Assembly: GCA_009103225.1 (NCBI GenBank)
Contig: RHPI01000810.1
Span: forward strand, 1,043,965-1,107,964
DNA from: Chlorokybus atmophyticus
Taxonomy: Eukaryota > Plantae > Mesostigma and Chlorokybus algae
Reading direction: 5' to 3'
DNA length: 64,000 bases
The first letter of the stretch is position 1; the number at the start of each line of letters is the position of its first letter. The position numbers and the translations under genes were made by a program. Below are positions 11,876-25,119 of this stretch, one piece after another. The notes beneath the pieces are model-generated. The model ran no database searches. It saw nothing but the letters and a program-made list of their open reading frames with translations, and was not told the DNA's origin.

Positions 11876-14802
11876 TTATGCACGGCAACCCTTACCTGTG
11901 GAAACATAGTTAGCCACTACTATAAACACACATATGCACATCGCGCTCAGCTTATAAGAGAATTACATGCGGGCCCGTACCGTACAGTATGTCGATTGCT
12001 TCTACATCATAACCCAGTCTGCTCAGGTACAGCGGGTTGCCAGCAGCGAGCACGTGGCGCGCGCTGTTGTCGGACAAGTCCAGCTGCAGCTTGTAGATGG
12101 CCGCCACATTACTCGAATGATCCAATATGCCGGGACGATCAACGTATGTCAACGTGCTACTGTAAAGGAGCGGTGGGTCTGCATAGAGTTTCGAAGGTCA
12201 TGCGGGAAATCACACGCACGCATGCTTAGACAAACATTCTCACCCGCACACACGCAGCTCAAAGGCATGCGTGCGTGAGCACGCTCTTGCGCACTTGCAT
12301 GCATAATCGACCACACACGTCTTCACAATGAGTATGCACATGAATGCACGCGCGCACGCTCGCAACTGAATGTGCAAATGCACATGCCTACGTGCATAAG
12401 CGCACACACCCATGACATGTACGCGCCCAGATGCACGAACACACTCACTCAGCCTGCTCGAGTGAGCATGATCTTACCAGCATGCACGTCGATGCGGAAG
12501 TTGTAGAACTTCGTGCCGAGCGGCTTTGTCACGATGGCATCAAGCTTAGCCATGCGGGTGTTGCGCACAGTCATGATGTACTCGCCATGGGTTGTGTACC
12601 CAACATAAAGTCGCTCGTGAACTGCGACACCGGCAATCACTTCCACGCACGCACGAATGCATGCACGCACACACACCCCACTCACTGAAGTCCAGCTGCA
12701 TGTCCAGCAGCGAACACTCGTAGCCGAGTTCGCATCCGAACAGCGGGAATGTCTTTATGTTGGTTAGCCGCGTCTTGCCGGCATTCAGCAACCCGCGCGT
12801 GATTGTGTATTGTTCATGCGCGATGTCGTAGGGAGTGATGTGCTCCACCCAGTACACGACGTTGCGGGGCAAAACTGCATGGCAACAAAGCAGTGGAAAC
12901 GGCCACTCTATGTGCGTGCGTGCGCCTGGTTCATGTGTGGGAAGAGTCACGTACCCGAGTCGTGTACTACAAGCGCCTCAATTACATGGTCAACATGTTC
13001 TGCGCGTGGTATCGTGTAAAGCAGCGTCCTTTGACCATTGACGGTGCTGTAAATCTTCGTTGGGGTCCACCACAAAATGAACCGACGCCCGCCATCTGCA
13101 CACCCACACACCCACATGCTGGTGTGATACATCACCCGGGAGGGTGCTGATCTGTATGCATGGATACTTGCCGTAACACACGGTGCCCGAGAGAGAGAGA
13201 GAGAGAGAGAGAGAATGGAATCGCTTTCATCAACTGTTCTGAAGATTTGTGATGCAGGCTGTGCCCCGCGGGATGTGTCGGTTGCCACAATTGTGAACAC
13301 GCGCTCGCTCTCGGGGAAAGGGTAAGTTGCAAATGACAGTGAGCCCTCCGTCCAGTACAGGCTGTCTGAGACACATACGCACGCACGCACGCACGCACAC
13401 CACCACAGGCTCAACCAGTACTCAGTTGTGTGCGTGCGTGACTGTGGTTTCAGCCTGGACGCGCACCTTCGATGACTTGCACTTTGCTCGTCAGCGTGAT
13501 ATCAGCAGCGGGTGTCGCTCTGGTCAGGTGGCTGTACAGGTCCGTCACGGGCGCGTTGGTCAGAGGGATGTTCTTGATTGCGTAGGTGGTTCGCCCGTTT
13601 TGGCGGTTGTTGGTCTGAACGCCACTCACCAGACTGCGCGCACAACCGCCTACAGATGCAAGCAAGGTAAGATGCACACACACGCACTCGCGCGCATCTG
13701 CACACGCACACATGCGCGCGCGCAGCCCCCCACACACGCACGCACAACATGCGGCTGCACTGATGCCTGGCGGTGACCTTTGGCTGTGCTGGTCGTGTCG
13801 CATCTTTTTGGTGTTGGGATATCGGTGAAGCACACGTCGGCGTTGTATGTGCGTCCCGCGTGGAGGACTCCGAGGTTGTCGCGCGGGTTGTTGCAGGCCG
13901 AGCTGGCGAGGATAATCAAAGTGTTGCAACGCTCAGCCATGCGGGTGACGCCCACCACGCAGAATGGAGAATCGACATCCCCTGTGAGGAGTTAACGACT
14001 CATGTGCTGTTTGCGTGTGAGTGCGCACTCGCACGCGCGCGCGCAAAGGTCAACGCCTACGCGTGCACGTGCGTATACGCACATACGTACATCCGCGCAC
14101 AGGCACACACGCGATTCCGCACAAGGAAACGCGCGTGCGTGTGTGTACAGTCACAAGGAGCTGCGCATGGGGTGGGAGGACACAGCAATGGCTACCTAGT
14201 TTGGCAGTGGACTCGACTGTGTCGGCGAGACGCGGGAAGTTGAACATACCCTCCGTGTTCGTGTGGATTGTCACATTGGTCAATATAATGAGTTTCACAT
14301 CGCCCCGTTCGCGTCTGTATACGGTGCACGTGAGCCGCACCTGTGGCTGCTTCAGTCCACGAACACGTCCACATCAACGTTGTTGTGACTGTGTGTGTGC
14401 ACCTGGGCGTTGTTGCGTGGGTAGTCTGTGCCAGGGTCATAGCGGCCATCCTGGCAGACGTCGCAGTACACACGGCCAGCGATAGTGGCTTTGTCATCAG
14501 AATGAGCGAGAGAGTGGGAAGGAGGGACTTGTGCTGAGGGAGAAAGGAAGAGCCATACAACAGAGGGCTGTTAGTTGATCAGTCCATCAGCCAAGACCAA
14601 AATGCAATTGGCTGCAACACGCACACATGCACAACAGCAAGCAAACCAACAACCAGGCAGCAGACAAGGGATGCGTCAACCCAAGACACGCACAAGCAAC
14701 GAGACTAGAGGTAGCACCATTGGCCAAGGGTTTGGTAGCGACGGCCAGGAATAACAGCACGAAAGAAAGAGTAAGAGTCGAGCGGCCGGTAGAGCGAGAC
14801 AT
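11876..14802 (-). CDS. Family copy C: 11 exons, all open except a frameshift caused by (CT)13 in exon 6
   Basis: ATG at 14802 (MSRSTGRSTLTLSFVLLFLAVATKPLAN). Each exon was translated by hand with canonical splice sites (plus the family GC donor) and ends GKGCRA* at 11876. The only lesion found is the microsatellite at 13189-13214. Confidence 0.75.
13189..13214. repeat. (GA)13 microsatellite inside coding exon 6 of copy C
   Basis: 26 nt of GA repeat read directly. It is absent from the same exon in the other copies. Confidence 0.95.
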
Positions 14803-17768
14803 GCTTGCAAGCGGAAACAACCGCACAACAACACGCCTCCTTCCCACCTCAATACTACAATAACAACCGGGCCTGCCAAATCATCCTTTGCGGAGTACGA
14901 ACATGTCTCTGGTACCGGTACCGGCAGCATGATGGAAGATTCCTTTTCTCCCGCAAGATACCGCCCCGGCCCCACATGTTAGGTTTACACATCCTCGCAT
15001 TGCCAATGTCCTTTCTTGGCGGAAGCGCGCATTGGCTGCTGCTATCAGTCACGTTCCGCCTTGCCTTAGCAAGGGGGGCTGTAAGGTGCGTCGGACATGT
15101 AGACGTTTCAGCCCGTGCAGCGTTGGTTACGGGCCATAGCGACAAGGTCTACATTTCATGTTTTACACGGGTGCCAACGGGGGGCTGTTGTGGGTTGTGT
15201 TTTGCACCGTTACTCTACCAATACACCATCATACATCAGGCTCAGCCCCGTGTAGAGTCTACACGAGCAAGCAATGCCCTCCAGAGCGACTTCTCTATCA
15301 TGCATGTGCGAGGGGCGCTGCTTGCACTGCTATGGCAACTAGCGCCATAATGGCGGTGGCTTGCGCAATCTTTAATGTGACGCACATGTGCTGGCGAATA
15401 GCAATCACAAGGCGCAATACATATCGCGTCTCAGCTCATTGGCACTCAATGCTTTGCGCGCACAAGTTGTCAACAAGTTCACTTGTGGTCCATCCATCCA
15501 GCCGTGCGACCTAGATGTCAACAAAAGTAGCTTAGTCATCAAGAAGTGATCCAACTACTTTGAGCGCTGTTTTTTTCGCGCGCCGCAATTGTACGTTGTA
15601 CATCTAAGCCAATGCTTCTACTAATAGGTAAAAATTGCCGTTGTAAAATTGAACGGCATGCACGGATTCAAACCTTGGGCTGAAGCCACATGGACGATGT
15701 GCAGGTGACAACCTAATGGTCCTTCATGTGCAAGAAGCACTCATATATGCTCGCAGCGGACGATGTAGCTCGCATCCCACATGATGTCAGCAACAGCGTC
15801 GCGCATTGCGTCGTGAATTACAATGTGATGCCAGTGGTCGTAACGCATACAAGCCGTTAATCGGCAGTTAATTACTGCCGACTACTTTCACTTTCGTTTA
15901 ACAAAATCAATTTGGTAAATCAACAAATGCGTTCGTAATACCCCGCCAGCTTTGTGGTAAAATTATCAGCTGGTGGCGAAATGCACTAGTTATAAGCTCG
16001 TTGCAGGCGTACGTAAGCTAATTATTGTAGAAACAAAGCTGTGCGTGTGTCAGGAGTGGGCGTGGCCAGGTAAAAATGGACCCGTAAATGTGCGAAACTT
16101 TGACTCCCAAAAACAGGGATGGGCGCGCTTGGTTGTTAACCAGAGGCCAGCACCTCGTACTGAAGCCAATTGCAAGCGAGCAGTGTCTACACTAAAAACT
16201 AATGTCAACTACTGACTGGACCTCAGCGTTGTGTGAATGGTCGTAATGAGGTTTTTTGGCAATAGTAGCTAATGATGAATCGGCCTCGCTTAAATGGCTG
16301 AATAGCACAAGCCAAGTTGAGCTTGACTGGCGATCACATGAAGACCAGCCAGTTCAGGGATATATAAAATTTTAGCTAGAGGCAAGAAGTGAGGGTTGGG
16401 GCATGAAAAACGGCGTGGTGTAAAGTTGGATAACGGTATGCAACATACACTTTCAATTTTTAATGATAGCACTACCATGCTATTATATATTTGGCCGCCC
16501 CGCGTGTTTTCCCTCATTTCCCCACTAACAACTGCCTAAAACAAATGCATGCTATAGGGAAAGTTATGTGTTCATCAGCTGCTAGGTTGGTCTTCATGTG
16601 ATACTTGTCACAAGGGTGCTCCATGGACTGTCTATGAACGTAATATTACAGCGCCCATATGGGTTCAGCGCCAACGCTGCGTCTAGCGCGCGCCTCTTGC
16701 GCCCCCCCTCGCCGACGATGCTGTACGCACGACCACACAGCTCTCTTTATCTGCTACTGCTCACAACCGTCATGAGCGGTGGCAGTGCCACCAGCAGCTG
16801 ATGGCAACAACTCTCAAGAAAAAGCGCACTGCGCTTTGGCAAAAGGTGTAGTTGCCGTTTAACCCTGCCACAAGATCAAATGTTGTACAAGCGGCTTGCA
16901 ACGATACCATCACTTACTTCCGACTGGGGCTTATCAAACTTATGCACATTGTTGACTTACAGTGGAAGTCCACCAGCTTCACCACGGTGCAGCGGAAAAA
17001 GTTGCAGCAGCGCACTTAGGGAGGAGAGGATGACCACCAACCTCTTCACACAGCTCCGGCCCAAAAATGAGGGGGAGAGCCCCTTCAACAGCTTTTAGCT
17101 AGGCACCCCACGTAAGTTGCCCTCCAGTGGTGAACACAATTTGATGACCCCTAATTTAGTTTGCTACTTAGCCTTTATACCGCTTGCTGCTCTCTTAACC
17201 AGGCACGCAGGATGTCCAAGGCCCTCAAGGCCTTGTGTGCTGACTTGTTAGCACAAGCTGGCCTTATCAAAGACAGGGCATGTCCTACACAGGACATCAA
17301 CTTCGAAAATACCAAACCACCCCGGATTTTTGTAAAAGTTATGATTCTACCTTGCAATCACAAACATAGGCTCTCTTAGTACAATAGCACTTGCGGAATG
17401 CCCACACTGAGTTAGCACTAGCCTTGCGATAGTCACAACAGCGGCAAATCGCACCACCACAATACAGATCATGTGGTTTGCCAACATGGCTCACTTTCTT
17501 GGCTGATGCTATGTCACATCATGTTGCAATCCATAGGAGTTGAGCCAAGGCCTCAGACACTGACAAGCTCTGTGCCATCCCCGGCATTTATGATGGCTCG
17601 TTGATGCCTTGTGTAGTTTACACACTTAAGGCCATATGGAATGTTAAGTGTATCTACATGAAAGCGCACCTCACAAGCACTACGCATGCTTTTTTGTTGG
17701 ATAATCCCACTCAGTCTTTGCTCACTTATATAAGTCAGGGACAAAGATTGACTTACGCCAGCTTTATA

Positions 17769-17986
17769 GCCTATAAAACTGTTACGGCGGCCGTGACAGC
17801 GCTGCCACCCAGTGTAGCCTATTGAAAGTCAACTAAAAGTGTGTAAAGGCAAAACGCCGTCTTTGCTCCACGTGTTATGGCCTATAAAGTTGTCATGGCG
17901 ACCGTGACAGCGCAACCACAAAGTGCAGTCCATTAAGAGTTAATTGAAAGTGTGTAAAGGCATTAAGTCGTCTTTGCTCCACGTGT
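17769..17986. repeat. Two diverged tandem units of ~111 bp
   Basis: gcctataaa..ccgtgacagcg..aaagtgtgtaaaggca..gtctttgctccacgtgt recurs at 17769 and 17880. Confidence 0.8.
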
Positions 17987-20900
17987 GCTAGTTTATATTT
18001 TGGTTGGTGCTTTTATGAACAAATACACATTAATGTTGTCCACTCAAATCTTCCACCTGCCGAACGATTGACGAACCAAATGACATCAACCGCCGCTTGA
18101 AACACTGCCTGAGTCAAACTTTTAAGCCCGAGACTCTACGCCGGCATCCCGCCTCATCGTTGCTATTATTATTGGCTTAAGCCTTTCCATGACCACTCTC
18201 CCCTTCCGTAAATTGTTGCGTAATGTGGCCGCTCAACTCAACACCGCACTTCGCACTCGACTCTTTGCATGCTTTCATGATGTCACATCCTGAACGCTGT
18301 GTGATGTCTCGTAGACGTTACAAAGCCTGCTGCAGATTCTCACCACATCCAATGAATGAATGGTGCTAAATTGACACCACGACAATTGCTGAGCTACCAA
18401 CGGAATTGATATTAATGTATGTTGCGAACGTTGCAACCGGCGTTTAAAGATGGCGCAGGCGCATAATTGATGGCCATCTCTGCGCGCTCAGATTTGCAAC
18501 CTGCGTATTCAAAACTTCAATTTCCATACATCCACGCGTCACCTTATTAACTAGCCACACCCATTTTTGGCATACGTGCAGCTTTACTTATGCAATTATC
18601 AGCTGCGAGCGTCACATACTCGTCTCGAGCCCCGAGGCAAGTATGTAACCAAATTGCACTGGTGAGTGCATGCGACGTTGGGCCAATGCCTGATCGTCTC
18701 GCGAGACGAGTATACGGCACCATCGCACCCACGTTGCTATGCGCAACACTGTTGCTGGCATGTGGGAGGCTAGCTACACCGTTTGTCTTGAGCAGACAGA
18801 AGTGCTCTATATATAAGAGGGGGAATGTTAATGTTGCCGCATGGACAACGTTGCCTTGAAGCGTAATCGGGACTCCTGCATGTTGCTCGGTGTCATTATC
18901 ATCAGCAGCCACAACCTGGAAAGCAAACTTATATATTTTCAGCTGAACAAAAGTATAATAATACGGCATGCAGTGCGCATCAAGCATTCGCAAACAAGCT
19001 AAGAAACAAAATAGTCTCAACGAGTCTACTCGAGTGCATAGTACAGAGTTGCTACCCAAAGTTTCCTCATAGGTATGAAGAGCAGCTAGGCAATAGTCAT
19101 CCTTTAGCGGTACTAGCAGACCTGTAGCCATTGATTCCGGGCACAAACAAGAATAATTTCTTTGAATTTAGCATGCACAATCGAGAAAGGAGGAGAAGTG
19201 TGATTGTAATGGTGCGTGTGCCGAAAGCACCACAGGCACCACAGTTCCATGAACCTCAATGCACACCACACTGCGCAAAAAACAGACGAAGAACTACACT
19301 CCCCCACCCCAAGAAGAATTGAGGGCACTGAAAGGTGAGCAACTCCCCTTAAAGACGACATTAAAGAAGAGACCTCCGCCCACAATAGACGAGCAACGGA
19401 GCACTTTTAGATTTTAAGTAGATAAGCAATATAGTCTCCGTGGTGGGATCACTATAGGTCCTGCAAGACGGCGTTGCCCAAATGATGAAGGCGCTCGTCC
19501 GTAGACAGTGCTGAGTGTGCAATAAGATAGAGTAAGGATCTTGAAACGAATTCGTGTGCCCGGGGATGAGGAGCGGGCAATGAGTCTCCAACTGCTAGGG
19601 TAAGGCAAGTCCAGATGAAGAAGCCTGAAGTGTTGAGGTCATAGCGAGAGACCTGCCCTGCGGCTACCTGTGACAATAACCCCGCCTCGGGGAGTAGTCT
19701 CATAAGGAAAAAGTGTTAAAGCCAAGCAAAGCATGTGAAGGCCAGCTTCCAGCAACTAGACCACAGTGTTGATCAGCTAACCGGGTCCTGCTACCAGCCA
19801 ACCACCCGTGTAACGCTGCGGTAGCGGCAAGACAAGCCAATCCGGGGAGACGGGTGCAGGCTTCATTCTCAACCTAAGGGATAGGAGTACAACATGCACA
19901 TGACGAAGAGCAAGAAGGTAGAGCGACACCCCGGAGTTTCTGCTGACAGGCTGGTATCCTCTGGGCCTTCAAGCATAAACAGCGTGCTCGAGCATGTAAC
20001 TTCACATGTTGAACACTCACGCTCTTGACTAGCAGTGTTAAGTCAATGCTGTCATCCTGCAAGGTGGCAACCCACCACTCCAGCACAGCCGGCGAGCGCG
20101 GGCGTGCTTCTAGAAGGGTCCGCCATGCTGCAGGGATGGCCGATAAAAGAACGTCCAACCTGCTCTGAGTGGGCATTAGAACACACACAAACTTAACCTC
20201 ATGCATGTGACCGTAGCAATGAACGCTAAGCAATGAGCAGCATGTGGAGACACAATTATGCTGTAATATGCACAACTAGCAAGTTGAGTTTCAACCAAGC
20301 AACAGTACCTGGTTGGTGGCTCTCATGCTTGCGTGCAGCTGCAGCCGGCATGGCTGTTGCACCAGCAGTTGCTGGCATGCACGCAGGCGTGTAGCTGGGG
20401 CCGCCCGGCCTGAAGTGCATGCCACTTTGCTGAAAGCGAACTCTTTGTTGTTTGCTGCACTCCTCCAGAAGCCGCTTAGCACTCTTTAGCTTGCTAGGCG
20501 ACAAGCTGCTGGACAACTTGCTGACGTTTGCTACAACGAATCTAGCCTCCTCCAGGCTCAAGCGCTGAGGCATGCTGCCGCCTGAGCTGACTGCGCATGC
20601 CACAACTCCAGCCCCTCCGCGCAAAGCAACTCCAGCTCCTTGCATGCACGGAGACCAGCTGCCTTTATACTTAGCGCTGCAGCTGAGCCCTCCGATCTAG
20701 GCACGCCAGCGATGAGCTACAGCTGCCAATGGAATTGTTGTTTTTAATAGGGTTTACTCTGCAGGTCGTTAATGTAGCAGCGGTGGAGGTCGCTGGCGGC
20801 GGCGGGAGTTTGGAGAAGGTTAGTGCAGCAAATTTGCAGCTGGGTTGTTGAGTCTACTGCCTTGTCGTGCACAGGTTGCATGGCTTGTTGCATGGCTTGT

Positions 20901-21312
20901 TGCATAGCAGACCGTGCCCCGCAATCTCTTGCATCATCCACCAGGAACCAGCAGATAAGCATGTGGTCCATGCATACGGGCCTTTCGAGGTGATGTTGGT
21001 CAAGCTTTTACAACTCGGTTCGTAGCACTTTGGAACACTCAGTGCCTGCAAGTAGTGCTTCGATGTACTTGCACAAAAGCACGTCCTCTTGAGTCGAAGT
21101 TACGACTTGTTATGGAGGCGTCGACAAGCCAGGCCACCAATATGTCATGGGCCAGGTAAAGCCCAACGTTCTGTTACAAACACTTGTCGCATATACTATA
21201 TCTACTGAACACAGGAGACAAATCGCCAGTATACTACATCAACACGGCTCATGTCACAAACTGTAGTGGTTGATACCAGCACCCCCGTCAATGCTGATGA
21301 CCTGTGACAGAC

Positions 21313-21440
21313 GTGAACAGCCTGTCATCAAAGAGCATTGCAACCACAGCAGCTGGTTGCAATGCTCTTTAAACAGCCTGTAATCAAAGAGCATTGCAAC
21401 AGCAGCTGGTTGCAATGCTCTTTAATGACAGGCTGTTCAC
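21313..21440. repeat. Inverted repeat (32-bp arms, 1 mismatch) enclosing a duplicated internal hairpin
   Basis: Left arm gtgaacagcctgtcatcaaagagcattgcaac (21313-21344); right arm gttgcaatgctctttaatgacaggctgttcac (21409-21440). The unit aaagagcattgcaac..gttgcaatgctcttt occurs twice in tandem. Confidence 0.9.
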
Positions 21441-24400
21441 TGTCCGCCAACCTTCCTGCTCAGAACGAGTTTAAGAACAAAGTTCAGCGACTAGGAAGGG
21501 CCGTTCACCATTGCCGAGATTATCTCTGACGGGAGAGTGAAACCAGGCGCGATCACGTCTCACGCGCACGCCTCTTTGCGCAACCTTCACAACAACATGT
21601 TGCACATGACGCTGACATGCGTGCCTGCGTGCGTGTTCATGGCTTGTTGGTCAACTTGTGGCTGACCTCGACGGCTGCAGAGATAGTAAAGCTGTTAGGA
21701 GCGGCCTTGCTGGCGCAGTAGCTGCTGCTGAGCGGCGTGTACACATGGCCAGAGATGCTTGTGTTGTTCACAACCGAGCCATGACCTTGCGCGAGCATCC
21801 GTCGCAGCTCTGCCTACGCTTGGACACATTGATGAGAATGAGTGATACAAAGTCCAGAGCCATGTGAACCAGACCGAGTAAGCGCACAACGGTGGAAAAC
21901 CCAACAATTACTGAAGGCTTCGTCAAGCTTCCCACGCGCTGTCAGAATGTCCGCTACAACCCAACTTTAACATTTCACACAATCAACAGTCAGCGCTGGC
22001 TGCAATGCACCACACCAAGTGACACACCCAGAAATATACACCCAGCTTGACCTGCTCAATTTGCGCTGTGTCTGTCACGTCCAACACAGCGGCAGTTGCT
22101 CTCGCATGGGGAGAAAGACATGGTTTGTGTCGTGAGAAAGGAGAAGCCAGTTTGAAAAGGAGTTGCAACACTTGATGCCGTCAACTTGAAACTGCAAAAA
22201 GTGTCAAACGCATGCTAAAGGTGCACGCAAGAAGGGGTCACAGAAGCAACCGGCAAGCAAGCTTTTGGTTGTACACTATATTCTCTACATGAACATGCTT
22301 GGTGAATCAACAATTATCATTAACATGGTGTATTCTGTTGTACGTGCCTGTACTATAACGCTCTAAGGTATTAAAACGCTCAAAGTTCTCGCACTGTGTG
22401 TTGAGAGGGGCGTTGTAATGCTGCTTGCAAGCACATTGCTGACCACTCTTTAGCCTCAAGCCATTGACAATAGGCTCGCAAAAGGGGGTTGCATCAAGCG
22501 GAAATAGGCGTGCGGCTGTTGTGCGATACGTGTTGTGTAAGACGGGGTCAATTGAACGGCATGTGGTACACACGGTTATATTGCTCGACGTGCAGGGACT
22601 GCCACTTTGCCATCTACCAGGAGATTTGACCATTTACCGACAGCGTCTGACGTGCGCGCTCCAGCGAGCGCAAGGACTGACGATCCTCGCAAGCGCGGCT
22701 GTGCCTGGGCGGGGCCCTGTGCTGATGTTGACGGTGACGATAGAGGAGGACGCCAGACTCGCCGCAGCTGCGCCGACACTTGTTATATGCATGGTTAGCA
22801 ATATGTCCGCATGAACACGTTGTGAGCTATATACTAGAGTGTTTGTGTGGTATGTGGCTGCGGATGTGGCATGCTGTGGCACGTTAAATCTAGTCGGTTT
22901 TCTTCAACATGTTGTGCCATGGGTTTAACGTTCATGTACTAGCGCTGTTGATACATAAACTTTATTTTGAAAGGATAGAGATGCTAGTGTTGACAAGACA
23001 TACGTAATGCACAAAACCATCATGCAAGCCGTGCTTGTGTGTGCTTGGCAAGCACACACAAGAACTCGTGGGCCATTCATCAAGCATACCACATGATCTG
23101 GCCTTTGATTCAAAGACCGAAGAATGATGCGTATGCCACCGTGGAGATGAAATAGCTTGCATTGTTGAATAAAGTGCATAAGTAGCAACATGTGACAATT
23201 ATCAATTTGTCAATTATACCGTATTGCTATGTTAAACAACCATGATCATTGTTATTGCCGAGCATTGAATAAGAGTGCAACAAACATGCAACTACATTGT
23301 GAAATATACTGATAAAGATTGCAAATTGCGAGAAATGATATGCTGTGTGTGGATGCATGCTATGTGTAATATCGCATTGTGTGTCATGTAGTTAAACCGC
23401 ATTTACTCTCAAATGTAAAGACGGACAGCTGTTGTGAATTCGTACATCAACACAAACTTAACTTAGCATGCTCAATTTTCAACACATTATATGTTTCAAT
23501 GATTTTATCAATAACAAATACAAGATGTGAGTTCGAGAACAAAGGCACAATCTGTGAATATTCCGTTGCCAACATGCATTTATTGTGTGTTCATTGAGTG
23601 CAACCCAGCAATGTTGCAAGTGATATCCAATGCTGTTTTCTATGTGTGATGTACAACGTTGTAATGTGGCAAGTGTTTAATAAAGTATTGCTATTCACTA
23701 CGTAACAACCTGCCATGCCTTTCGAACTCGTGCCATAGGTGTAAGGACTTTATTACCTTAAACATGCTGTGCGTCGCAAGAGTGTAATTGAGGATGTAAC
23801 TGCCACCCTGAACCTTGAGCCTTATGCATTCGCACTTGAAAATGGCAAAACAATAATAAAATAATACAACTTTACCATTTCCAAGTCAGACTATATGTCT
23901 TTTTAATCTATAAATATCATTTCAGGTTTTAATAGGCTGATACAATTGGAATGGATGTATCAATTATACTGCCATCGAATAAACTTGCACAAGAGAGAGA
24001 CTGTGGCATGCGCAATCGATTGATGATGAATGATAACTGATAAAGCTAAGGGATCATATGCACAGCGCAAGCAGACAAGAACAAATGCGTATAACACCGA
24101 TGCATATGTACGTGAATACACTCCAAGCCAGATGCATACGCAAGTATAGAATGGATTCAACGTCGTACGACATAGTAGCTTGGCTTCTGTGGTTTACTTG
24201 AACACTTACTGCCTCAATTAAAAGCTATACAACGGAACGTGGTATTAACATGATCGAGCAAGCAAGTGATGGTTACAATAGCAACTGCTAGTCTAAGGAT
24301 ATGTAACGCCACACCCGCGCTTCTTCGACGTCTTCGATGTCTTCAACATTGCTGTTGCTAACAGCTTGTTCTTTTGTTTGTTTTTCAATTGACTTTGCCT

Positions 24401-24645
24401 TGCGCCTGTTGCTGTGTGCCGAGTTCCTACAATTATGTTCGCAATTGTCTGCTTTCGTAAGTCCACTGTCGGCAGCATTTAAGCTTTCTGTTCACCACGC
24501 TGTGCTTCTGTCAGAATTATTGGAATCGAATTTTAAAATATATATATGCTTGTCATCAAATAACGTGTTGTGGGTGTAAGATTCAACCGACATCACTTGA
24601 TATCGAGGGTCCTTACACGACAAGCGCATCAACTCGGCAATTATT

Positions 24646-24648
<3 letters not shown>

Positions 24649-24732
<84 letters not shown>
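24649..24732. repeat. (AG)n microsatellite
   Basis: Direct read, ~42 units. Confidence 0.95.
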
Positions 24733-25119
24733 NGCCCGCCAGCGGGCAAAACCATGCAGAGACAATACATGCATGCACAAAGATACATGTGCACGCAGAC
24801 CAAAGTACCATGCACATATATCATGCCGGTTGAGGCATGCATCGGTGAGAAACACTTGTTAGAGTAGCAATATACACACAGTCTATTCAATTCACTACAA
24901 ACTGAATGGGAGTCTTGGCAAAGCCGTGTTCAAGGCTATGTCTGCAAGTATGGGTGGGATGGATGTGTATATGTACCAGGGTGTTACAGCTGCTGCGCGA
25001 AGGTTTTACAGTACTATCTTCCGATATCTATTTCGTAAGGAAGATCCCCCCCTAGCACGCTACAACATGCACTACATTGTGCGTAACACACTACTCACGT
25101 TTGAAGCAGAAAATGCTGA

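Noticed and set aside
15660-15685. GGATTCAAACC, a B-box-like motif suggesting a tRNA or SINE
   Set aside because: No cloverleaf or A-box could be built around it.
18547-21120. ORFs of 130-200 aa and exon-like pieces on the minus strand
   Set aside because: No recognisable domain or coherent splice model. They may be decayed TE or gene fragments.
21285-21325. CTGATGA followed by a small stem, as a possible hammerhead ribozyme
   Set aside because: The required GAAA and flanking stems I/III are not present.
24892-24905. CACTACAAA as the left terminus of the CACTA element
   Set aside because: No matching inverted end was found downstream of the transposase, so capture of the root-cap gene cannot be supported.
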